Source: a virus (Duplodnaviria > Heunggongvirae > Uroviricota > Caudoviricetes). From it: 5,729 nt of DNA. The stretch lies in the IMG/VR virus record IMGVR_UViG_2695420658_000001; one strand, given 5' to 3'. Shown here piece after piece: positions 1-5,674 of the stretch. Position numbers and translations under genes: made by a program. The number at the start of each line of letters is the position of its first letter. Within the stretch, counting starts at the first letter, position 1. The notes under the pieces are model-generated. The model ran no database searches. It had not been told where the DNA came from and worked only from the letters and a program-made list of their open reading frames with translations.

Positions 1-137
1 TAACAGGTGTCTGGAAATATAGGGGCAAATCCAGCGTTCATCAGCCCCCGCATTGCCGACAGGATCACAGACGGGGGGCGCAACTGGTTGTCGTTCAACT
101 GGCCCAGCTACCGTTCTTGTATCAGAGGTGTGGCTGC

Positions 138-1529
138 ATGACAACACCAGTCTGGCGTAATGATGACCTGGAAGGCGCTGTCATTGGCGCATTCTTTCTG
201 CGTGGGGCAGATCATGAAGTGATGGATATTCTGATCACACTACCGGCGGACATTTTTTCTGTACGAGCGTATCGGGATATCTACACAGGCATCTGCAGAC
301 AGGCCCGTGTTTCAGGAGTGATTGACCCCGTGCTGTTGTGTAATGAGATGCCGGAACTTGCCCCGGTGATTACTGATACCGGGCGTAAAACCTGGGTGAA
401 GTCTTCACTGGAGCACTATGTTGCAGCGTTGCGGCGCAATGCCGCACTGCGCGATGCAGAAAAAACACTGAATGAGGCGCTGCAGAAATTACGTGATGCG
501 CATACCTGTGAAGCAGCTGAAGATGCCCTGAAGGATGCGCAGAACATGATGGTCACACTGTCGACAGGAAAGGGCGTCATTCAGCCGGTACATATTGATG
601 ATGTGCTTCCGGAAGTGGTTGAGCGTGTTGAATGCCGGAATCAGGGGCTGGAGAAATCCAGGACGTTGATGACCGGTATTGATGAACTGGACGCAAAAAC
701 AGGCGGTATGGAGCCCGGAGACCTGGTATTCATTGCCGCCCGTCCTTCGATGGGGAAAACCGAACTTGCGCTGGACATCATCGACAAGGTGACTGAGCAG
801 GGGCATGGTGTGCTTCTGTTCACCATGGAGATGGCGAACATCCAGATTGGTGAACGTATGGTGTCTGCGGCTGGAGGGATGCCAGTATCACGCCTGAAAT
901 CTGTGGCTCACTTTGAAGATGAAGACTGGGCGCGTTTCTCACAAGGGGTGGGGCGGATGACCGGGCGCAATATCTGGATGGTGGACCAGGCGAACCTGAC
1001 CATTGATGAGATATGCGCAACAACGAAACACCATCTGATTAAACATCCGGAAACGGCGCTGGTGGTGGTTGATTATCTCGGGCTGATAAAAACCCGAACC
1101 ACGGGGCGTCATGACCTTGCCGTGGGTGAAATCTCAAAGGGGCTTAAAGGCCTGGCAAAATCCGGTGGTTTTCCGTTGATTGCGCTGAGCCAGCTCTCCC
1201 GCGGTGTGGAGTCCAGACCCAATAAACGTCCCATGAACTCAGACCTGAAAAATTCCGGAGAAATAGAGGCGGATGCAGACATCATTCTGATGCTTTACAG
1301 GGATGAAGTGTACAACCCGGATACACAGGCTACAGGCATAGCAGAAATTAATATCACGAAACAACGTAACGGTTCTCTGGGGACGATTTACCGGCGTTTT
1401 TATAACGGACATTTTCTGCCTGTGGACCAGGAAAGCGCACAGGTTCTTTCCACCCCAATGCGGCAGCCCCAGCCGCGCAGATACAGCAATACACGTACCG
1501 ACAGCAGTAAGATGGAGCGTTTCTTTTGA
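138..1529 (+). CDS. DnaB-family replicative DNA helicase (lambdoid / P22 gene 12-like)
   Basis: 463-aa ORF. Walker A 'AARPSMGKT', Walker B-like 'LVVVDYLGLI', and the DnaB C-terminal block 'ALSQLSRGVESRPNKRPMNSDLKNSGEIEADADIILMLYRDEVYN' are all present. ATG at 138 follows GAGG at 125-128. The frame is open back to the window edge (track start is TTG 117), so the true start is uncertain. Confidence 0.9.
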   Translation: MTTPVWRNDDLEGAVIGAFFLRGADHEVMDILITLPADIFSVRAYRDIYTGICRQARVSGVIDPVLLCNEMPELAPVITDTGRKTWVKSSLEHYVAALRRNAALRDAEKTLNEALQKLRDAHTCEAAEDALKDAQNMMVTLSTGKGVIQPVHIDDVLPEVVERVECRNQGLEKSRTLMTGIDELDAKTGGMEPGDLVFIAARPSMGKTELALDIIDKVTEQGHGVLLFTMEMANIQIGERMVSAAGGMPVSRLKSVAHFEDEDWARFSQGVGRMTGRNIWMVDQANLTIDEICATTKHHLIKHPETALVVVDYLGLIKTRTTGRHDLAVGEISKGLKGLAKSGGFPLIALSQLSRGVESRPNKRPMNSDLKNSGEIEADADIILMLYRDEVYNPDTQATGIAEINITKQRNGSLGTIYRRFYNGHFLPVDQESAQVLSTPMRQPQPRRYSNTRTDSSKMERFF

Positions 1530-1783
1530 ACAACCAGACAATGACTTTTACCTCTGAACAATTGCGTAAACACGCGCAGGAAATGTTGCGACAGGCGGAA
1601 CAACTGGAAAAAACAGGTGTAACAAAAGATGCCATTCGTCGGGATATGGTGCCAGCGCTCAGGGAACTGATGCAGGCGAAACATCGCGCACAAAAAGCGG
1701 TGGATGAGCTCGTTGATTGTGTGGCAGAGCTGGAAACCAAAGTTGGAAAGTTTGAAAAAATGGTGCAGGAGGTGCTGCGCTGA
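1526..1783 (+). CDS. hypothetical small protein (about 80-85 aa, charged, helical or coiled-coil-like)
   Basis: ORF is tightly packed between the helicase and rusA. TTG 1526 overlaps the helicase stop (TGA 1527-1529) and has GGAG at 1514-1517; the alternative start is ATG 1541. Its stop TGA 1781-1783 overlaps the rusA ATG (TGATG). No family recognised. Confidence 0.5.
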   Translation: MNNQTMTFTSEQLRKHAQEMLRQAEQLEKTGVTKDAIRRDMVPALRELMQAKHRAQKAVDELVDCVAELETKVGKFEKMVQEVLR

Positions 1784-2296
1784 TGCGCCATGAGTTTATT
1801 TTACCTTATCCGCCGACGGTGAATACTTACTGGCGACGTCGTGGCAGCACATATTTTGTATCAAAAGTTGGTGAGCGTTATCGCCGTGATGTGACGCTAA
1901 TTGTTCGCCAGCAGCGGCTGAAATTAAACCTGTCCGGAAGGCTGGCGATAAAGATTATTGCAGAGCCACCGGATAAGCGCCGTCGTGACNNNNNNNNNNN
2001 NNNNNNNNNNNNNNNNNNNNNNNNNNNNNNNNNNNNNNNNNNNNNNNNNNNNNNNNNNNNNNNNNNNNNNNNNNNNNGGAAGACTGGCGATAAAGATTAT
2101 TGCAGAGCCACCGGATAAGCGCCGTCGTGACCTGGACAATATCCTGAAAGCACCACTGGATGCGCTGACGCATGCCGGACTACTCATAGACGACGAGCAG
2201 TTTGATGAAATCAATATTGTGCGCGGTCAGCTCGTTCCTGGTGGGCGACTGGGCGTGAAGATTTATGAAATCACAGGTGATAACGATGGCGCGTGA
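1783..2296 (+). CDS. rusA: RusA Holliday-junction resolvase, interrupted by an N-run and duplicated flank
   Basis: N-terminal part '[21 protein letters not shown]...[10 protein letters not shown]' and C-terminal part '[23 protein letters not shown]...[18 protein letters not shown]' match the RusA pattern, including the DxRRRDLDN catalytic block. AGGAGG lies at 1767-1772. As given, the two halves are in different frames; removing the 88 N plus one 54-nt duplicate copy (142 nt) restores a single 120-aa ORF. Confidence 0.85.
1936..1989. repeat. 54-nt left copy of the duplication flanking N-run 1
   Basis: ggaaggctggcgataaagattattgcagagccaccggataagcgccgtcgtgac matches 2078-2131 with one mismatch (g1941 vs a2083). 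Confidence 0.9.
1990..2077. other. N-run (88 nt), unresolved sequence or scaffold gap
   Basis: Run of n flanked by a near-identical 54-nt duplication inside rusA. Confidence 0.95.
2078..2131. repeat. 54-nt right copy of the duplication flanking N-run 1
   Basis: Matches 1936-1989 at 53 of 54 positions. Confidence 0.9.
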
Positions 2297-2672
2297 TATT
2301 CAGCAGGTTATGGAACGGTGGGGGGCTTGGGCTGCAAACACTCATGAAGATGTATCCTGGGCGTCGATCGCTGCTGGTTTTAAAGGGTTAATTCCGTCGA
2401 AAGTGAAATCACGCCCTCAGTGTTCTGATGATGATGCAATGATAATTTGTGGCTGTATGGCCCGGTTGAACAAGAAAAATCAGGATTTGCACGATTTGCT
2501 GGTGGATTATTACGTAGGTGGAATGACTTTTATGAGTCTGGCACGGAAACATGGGTGTTCGGATACCTGTATTGGCAAGCGCCTGCAGAAAGCGGAAGGG
2601 GTTATTGATGGCATGTTGATGATGCTTGATATCCGGCTGGAGATGGACAGATACGTAGAACGAATTATGTAG
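2286..2672 (+). CDS. quuD: Q-family late-gene antiterminator homolog (QuuD-like)
   Basis: 128-aa ORF '[61 protein letters not shown]...' closely matches my recollection of E. coli DLP12 QuuD. Its start overlaps the rusA 3' end (ATG 2286, rusA stop 2294-2296). A promoter-terminator cassette follows immediately downstream. Confidence 0.8.
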   Translation: MARDIQQVMERWGAWAANTHEDVSWASIAAGFKGLIPSKVKSRPQCSDDDAMIICGCMARLNKKNQDLHDLLVDYYVGGMTFMSLARKHGCSDTCIGKRLQKAEGVIDGMLMMLDIRLEMDRYVERIM

Positions 2673-2676
2673 GTGC

Positions 2677-2706
2677 TTGACCAGACACATTGTCCGGGGC
2701 TATATT
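2677..2706 (+). promoter_or_regulatory. candidate late promoter (PR'-like): TTGACC, 18-nt spacer, TATATT
   Basis: -35 TTGACC at 2677-2682 and -10 TATATT at 2701-2706, beginning 5 nt after the quuD-like stop. A terminator lies about 75 nt downstream, as in lambdoid PR'/tR' arrangements. Confidence 0.4.
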
Positions 2707-2713
2707 CCTCACG

Positions 2714-2731
2714 CGCCAGCAAAATCTGGCG
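2714..2731 (+). promoter_or_regulatory. stem-loop in the predicted late leader (CGCCAG-caaaat-CTGGCG)
   Basis: Perfect 6-bp inverted repeat at about +1 to +20 of the predicted transcript, with no T-run after it. Possible pause or qut-associated RNA structure. Confidence 0.3.
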
Positions 2732-2767
2732 TCGGGATTGGAACCCCGGATAGAGACCGCGACAGAC

Positions 2768-2791
2768 ACACGCCGCGAGCGTGTTTTTTAT
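2768..2791 (+). terminator. rho-independent terminator (tR'-like)
   Basis: Stem ACACGC (2768-2773), loop cgcga, stem GCGTGT (2779-2784), then TTTTTATT. It is + strand specific; the reverse-strand hairpin has no T-tail. Confidence 0.55.
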
Positions 2792-2965
2792 TGTCGTATG
2801 CACGCGCACATCTGAATTATGGTGGGGCGCATGGGGGAGCTGAAAAGCTCGCCGGTCGGTTTCCCGGTAGTTCCAACCCTGTGCGTCTCACCACCCGATG
2901 ATTGGAACCTGACGGTGTTGACAGTTTCAGGTTTGCAGTTTACATTTCCCCGCGGTGCTCAAAAC
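2770..2965. repeat. 196-bp direct repeat, copy A (identical to 4535-4730)
   Basis: Perfect identity at a constant offset of 1765 nt. Copy A ends exactly at N-run 2. Confidence 0.95.
2918..2946 (+). promoter_or_regulatory. sigma70-type promoter TTGACA, 17-nt spacer, TACATT (inside repeat copy A)
   Basis: Consensus -35 TTGACA at 2918-2923, 17-nt spacer, -10 TACATT at 2941-2946. Confidence 0.45.
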
Positions 2966-3026
2966 NNNNNNNNNNNNNNNNNNNNNNNNNNNNNNNNNNN
3001 NNNNNNNNNNNNNNNNNNNNNNNNNN
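2966..3026. other. N-run (61 nt), unresolved sequence or scaffold gap
   Basis: Run of n directly after repeat copy A. Confidence 0.95.
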
Positions 3027-3048
3027 ACTGCGCCAGCGGAGAACTACG

Positions 3049-3648
3049 ATGGCGCATATACAACTGATCAAACAAACCTCTTCCGGATTACTTCTCCCGG
3101 CGACGCCGGAGAGTTGCGATTTTCTGCATCAAATCAAAACAGGTGAGTGGATACACGCAGACTTTAAGCGTGTGCGTAACTACGCATTCCACAAGCGTTT
3201 TTTCAAACTCCTGCAACTGGGTTTCGATTACTGGACTCCGGTCGGTGGGGCGATCACGCCTCGCGAACGAAAACTGGTGTCCGGTTTCGTTGATTACCTG
3301 TGTGAATCAGTAGGCCGGGAACATACGCCAGCTCTGAGCGAAGCCGCAGAGCAATATCTGAATACAGTTGCGACACGCAGAACCCGGGATACGGCATTGC
3401 TAAAGTCGTTTGAGGCTTTTCGCGAGTGGGTAACCATTCAGGCTGGATTTTACACCGAACATTTTTATCCGGACGGTAGCCGCGGGCGTCGGGCAAAATC
3501 CATCGCTTTTGCGAATATGGACGAAACCGAGTTTCAGCAGGTTTATAAATCTGTTCTGAATGTGCTGTGGAACTGGATTCTGTTCCGTAAATTTTCCTCT
3601 CCGGAACAAGTCGAAAATGTGGCCGCGCAGCTGCTGGAGTTTGCGTAA
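3049..3648 (+). CDS. hypothetical lambdoid nin-region protein (resembles the DUF1367 family)
   Basis: 199-aa ORF with GGAG at 3038-3041 seven nt upstream of ATG 3049. Its stop TAA 3646-3648 overlaps the next gene's ATG (TAATG). The frame is open into the N-run, so the start could lie further upstream. Family assignment is from memory only. Confidence 0.65.
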   Translation: MAHIQLIKQTSSGLLLPATPESCDFLHQIKTGEWIHADFKRVRNYAFHKRFFKLLQLGFDYWTPVGGAITPRERKLVSGFVDYLCESVGREHTPALSEAAEQYLNTVATRRTRDTALLKSFEAFREWVTIQAGFYTEHFYPDGSRGRRAKSIAFANMDETEFQQVYKSVLNVLWNWILFRKFSSPEQVENVAAQLLEFA

Positions 3649-3938
3649 TGGTGGATTTACGTAAAGCGGCGCGGGGGCAGATGTGCACCGTCAGAATTCC
3701 TGGCTACTGCAATCACGATCCGGAAACGTCTGTGCTGGCGCATTACCGACTGGCGGGAACGTGCGGAACAGCGATAAAGCCACACGATATGCAGGCAGCG
3801 ATTGCCTGTAGCTCGTGCCACGATTTAATCGACGGGCGGGTAAAAACCAGCGATTACACCAAAGAAGAATTACGCCTGATGCATGCAGAAGGTGTTTTTC
3901 GCACACAAGAAATCTGGAGAAAGGAGGGATATTTATGA
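3648..3938 (+). CDS. ybcO: YbcO-like protein (DUF1364, putative nuclease of lambdoid nin regions)
   Basis: 96-aa ORF 'MVDLRKAARGQMCTVRIPGYCNHDPETSVLAHYRLAGTCGTAIKPHD...IACSSCHDLIDGR' matches the E. coli DLP12 YbcO pattern (MADLRKAARG...VRIPG.CN..PETSVLAH.RL.G.CG...KP.D...IACS.CHD.ID.R). Translationally coupled on both sides. Confidence 0.8.
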   Translation: MVDLRKAARGQMCTVRIPGYCNHDPETSVLAHYRLAGTCGTAIKPHDMQAAIACSSCHDLIDGRVKTSDYTKEELRLMHAEGVFRTQEIWRKEGYL

Positions 3939-4489
3939 TTTACCCAACGAATACAGGAAAAAGCGGAGAACACCTTCGTCTCACCACGCTGGAAAGTGTC
4001 TGGATTCAGGGAAAACTACGTATGTGGGGGCGCTGGTCGTATATTGGTGGCGGTAAGACGGGGAATATGTTTAACCTGATGTTGACCTCTAAAAAGCTGA
4101 CAAAAACGGCAATTAACGAGGCGCTCCGGAGGATGAAAAAAGCAGGTCTGAACAAGTCTGAACTTGAGGCTTTTTTGCGGGATATGATTAACGGTAAGCA
4201 AAAGAGCTGGCTGGCGCATTGTACTGATGCAGAGGCGTTATGTATTGATCGGGTCATAAGTGAGGTGCTGGCAGAGCATCCAGGATTGATTAGCGTCCTT
4301 CGGCAACGGTATGAGGGGCGGGGGATGACCAAACGCAAAATGGCTGAACTGCTGAATGATGCACACCCGAAATGGAGTTTAAGAACCTGTGAAAGACGCA
4401 TTGAGCATTGGCTAAAGGTGGCAGAATTTATTTTGTACAAACCAATGGTTATGGCTTTTGGTATAGAGAAAAAAGTTATTGCTTTTTGA
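3935..4489 (+). CDS. putative late-gene regulator, candidate second Q-like antiterminator (184 aa); function uncertain
   Basis: Strong RBS AAGGAGGG at 3921-3928 and ATGA overlap with the ybcO-like stop. N-terminal 'LRMWGRWSYIGGG' echoes the 'ERWGAWAAN' motif of the QuuD-like protein. C-terminal 'VLRQRYEGRGMTKRKMAELLNDAHPKWSLRTCERRIEHWLK' resembles a sigma region-4 / HTH segment. It is followed by the same 196-bp promoter cassette as quuD. Confidence 0.55.
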   Translation: MIYPTNTGKSGEHLRLTTLESVWIQGKLRMWGRWSYIGGGKTGNMFNLMLTSKKLTKTAINEALRRMKKAGLNKSELEAFLRDMINGKQKSWLAHCTDAEALCIDRVISEVLAEHPGLISVLRQRYEGRGMTKRKMAELLNDAHPKWSLRTCERRIEHWLKVAEFILYKPMVMAFGIEKKVIAF

Positions 4490-4534
4490 CGTAAAAACTG
4501 CTTCAATTCTTGTACGCTTCGCAAAGCTGTACCN

Positions 4535-4730
4535 ACGCCGCGAGCGTGTTTTTTATTGTCGTATGCACGCGCACATCTGAATTATGGTGGGGCGCATGGG
4601 GGAGCTGAAAAGCTCGCCGGTCGGTTTCCCGGTAGTTCCAACCCTGTGCGTCTCACCACCCGATGATTGGAACCTGACGGTGTTGACAGTTTCAGGTTTG
4701 CAGTTTACATTTCCCCGCGGTGCTCAAAAC
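4535..4730. repeat. 196-bp direct repeat, copy B (identical to 2770-2965)
   Basis: Perfect identity. A single ambiguous base n at 4534 sits immediately upstream, inside what would be the terminator stem. Confidence 0.95.
4683..4711 (+). promoter_or_regulatory. sigma70-type promoter TTGACA, 17-nt spacer, TACATT (inside repeat copy B); candidate late promoter
   Basis: -35 TTGACA at 4683-4688 and -10 TACATT at 4706-4711. A terminator-like hairpin with T7 tail begins about 30 nt downstream of the predicted start site. Confidence 0.45.
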
Positions 4731-4746
4731 ACCTCGAAAGCGGTAT

Positions 4747-4776
4747 CCACACCCGATAGCCATGTGGTTTTTTTGT
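4747..4776 (+). terminator. candidate rho-independent terminator (weak stem, strong T-tract)
   Basis: CCACA (4747-4751) pairs with TGTGG (4763-4767) across an 11-nt loop, followed by seven T (4768-4774). The stem is short, so confidence is moderate to low. Confidence 0.4.
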
Positions 4777-4917
4777 GTCCAGAATTCTTGGTTTATGACC
4801 GGGTGTGCGGCTAATACAATACCAGCAATGGAAATACGCCCGCCGACTTTCGACGGTTTTGAGCGCCCGGTCACCCTCTCAAAAGGGGTAAATCAAAATA
4901 TTCGAAAGGACATGTCT

Positions 4918-5481
4918 ATGAATCGCACGTCTATTGAAAAACTCCCGTCACTTACGCATAACCATCTTCCTGTCATGACAACAGAGCTGCTGGCTGATTT
5001 GTACGGAACAGAGCGCCAGCGTTTGACAAACAATTTCAATCGAAACAAAGAACGGTTTATAGAAGGTAAACATTTTTTCCTGATAGAAGGTGATGCGTTA
5101 CGAGAGTTGAAGAACGAAAACTCTTTAAGAGTTTCTGTGAAAATTGCCCGTAACGTTCGCTCCCTCATCCTCTGGACAGAACGTGGCGCAGCCCGTCACG
5201 CCAAAATGCTCGAAACCGATCAGGCGTGGGAAGTGTTCGAAAAACTGGAAGACTGTTATTTCAACCAGAAACAGCCACCAGCGGCACAAAACACATCTAT
5301 CGAAAATGATGGATGCGCATTACTGAGCCACTTCGATAAACACGGTCAGGTTGAGTTCACGGAAAAGGTACCCGCCGATGCGATGGTATGTACTCTGGAA
5401 CGGTTTAAATTTTATCTGGAGCAACACGGGTGGATCGTTGCCCGTAAAGAGCAACTGGTGGAGCGGTTGATGCGGTTTTAA
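4918..5481 (+). CDS. ORF6N-domain (KilA-N / Bro-N-like DNA-binding fold) protein, antirepressor-like; C-terminal about 75 aa unassigned
   Basis: 187-aa ORF. 'PVMTTELLADLYGTERQRLTNNFNRNKERFIEGKHFFLIEGDALRELK...LWTERGAARHAKMLETDQAWEV' fits the ORF6N pattern (VM..DLA.LYG.E...L...RN.ERFPEDF.F.L...E...LK...WTE.G.A...L..D.A). AAGGA at 4906-4910 precedes ATG 4918; ATG 4912 is the alternative start. Confidence 0.75.
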   Translation: MNRTSIEKLPSLTHNHLPVMTTELLADLYGTERQRLTNNFNRNKERFIEGKHFFLIEGDALRELKNENSLRVSVKIARNVRSLILWTERGAARHAKMLETDQAWEVFEKLEDCYFNQKQPPAAQNTSIENDGCALLSHFDKHGQVEFTEKVPADAMVCTLERFKFYLEQHGWIVARKEQLVERLMRF

Positions 5482-5512
5482 AAATTTTTTCCGAAAACTT
5501 TACGATCGTAAA

Positions 5513-5549
5513 NNNNNNNNNNNNNNNNNNNNNNNNNNNNNNNNNNNNN
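5513..5549. other. N-run (37 nt), unresolved sequence or scaffold gap
   Basis: Run of n. The 24 nt directly after it (5550-5573) exactly repeat 5357-5380 from inside the ORF6N gene. Confidence 0.95.
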
Positions 5550-5562
5550 TCACGGAAAAGGT

Positions 5563-5588
5563 ACCCGCCGATGAGCGGGTTTTTTTAT
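5563..5588 (+). terminator. rho-independent terminator
   Basis: Stem ACCCGC (5563-5568), loop cgatga, stem GCGGGT (5575-5580), then TTTTTTAT. Confidence 0.6.
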
Positions 5589-5636
5589 ACCTGAAAAACG
5601 GCACAGGACGTTAAACGTGCTGGTGGTCAGATGAGT

Positions 5637-5665
5637 TTGCAGATGTGATGACATATGGTTATTAT
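5637..5665 (+). promoter_or_regulatory. candidate promoter for the tRNA gene (TTGCAG, 17-nt spacer, TATTAT)
   Basis: -35 TTGCAG at 5637-5642 and -10 TATTAT at 5660-5665, placing the start site a few nt before the tRNA 5' end at 5675. Confidence 0.35.
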
Positions 5666-5674
5666 TCTGCCTCC

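Noticed and set aside
117-137. TTG 117 as the helicase start, or an upstream gene 3' end in 1-137
   Set aside because: ATG 138 has a better RBS (GAGG 125-128). The frame is open to the window edge and stops occur in the other two frames at 1-3 and 20-22, so the upstream boundary cannot be settled from this window.
489-1023. Antisense ORFs 489-806, 641-841 and 820-1023 (- strand) inside the helicase gene
   Set aside because: They lie entirely within a strongly supported DnaB-family CDS on the opposite strand, with no recognisable motifs or RBS. Typical shadow ORFs.
1239-1791. Antisense ORFs 1239-1541, 1354-1791 and 1400-1693 (- strand)
   Set aside because: They overlap the helicase 3' end and the small coupled gene, and have low-complexity Ser/Cys-rich translations. 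Shadow ORFs.
2821-2900. tRNA-like or structured-RNA appearance of the repeat interior (ggtggggcgc...ctcaccacc)
   Set aside because: No canonical T-loop (sequence is TTCCAAC, not TTCRANY) and acceptor-stem complementarity is imperfect. Not a tRNA.
2819-3067. Small ORFs starting inside the 196-bp repeat (2819-3067 and 4584-4814, 'MVGRMGELKSSPVGF...')
   Set aside because: No RBS upstream of the ATG, the ORF runs through the predicted promoter, and copy A only stays open through N-run 2. More consistent with non-coding regulatory DNA.
3254-3688. 144-aa antisense ORF (- strand) across the DUF1367-like gene, and 3400-3609 (-)
   Set aside because: Embedded opposite a well-supported + strand gene with an RBS and translational coupling; no independent signals.
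4006-4524. 172-aa antisense ORF (- strand) across the Q-like gene, and 4016-4219 (-)
   Set aside because: Opposite the + strand gene with the strongest RBS in the window; composition is not protein-like. Likely spurious.
4720-4917. Longer 253-aa version of the ORF6N gene starting at GTG 4720
   Set aside because: The extension runs through the predicted transcription start and terminator hairpin and lacks an RBS. ATG 4918 (or 4912) with AAGGA upstream gives the canonical spacing of about 18 residues before the ORF6N core.
5144-5326. 60-aa + strand ORF in an alternative frame inside the ORF6N gene, and 4893-5168 (-)
   Set aside because: Overlaps a well-supported CDS with no independent start signals.
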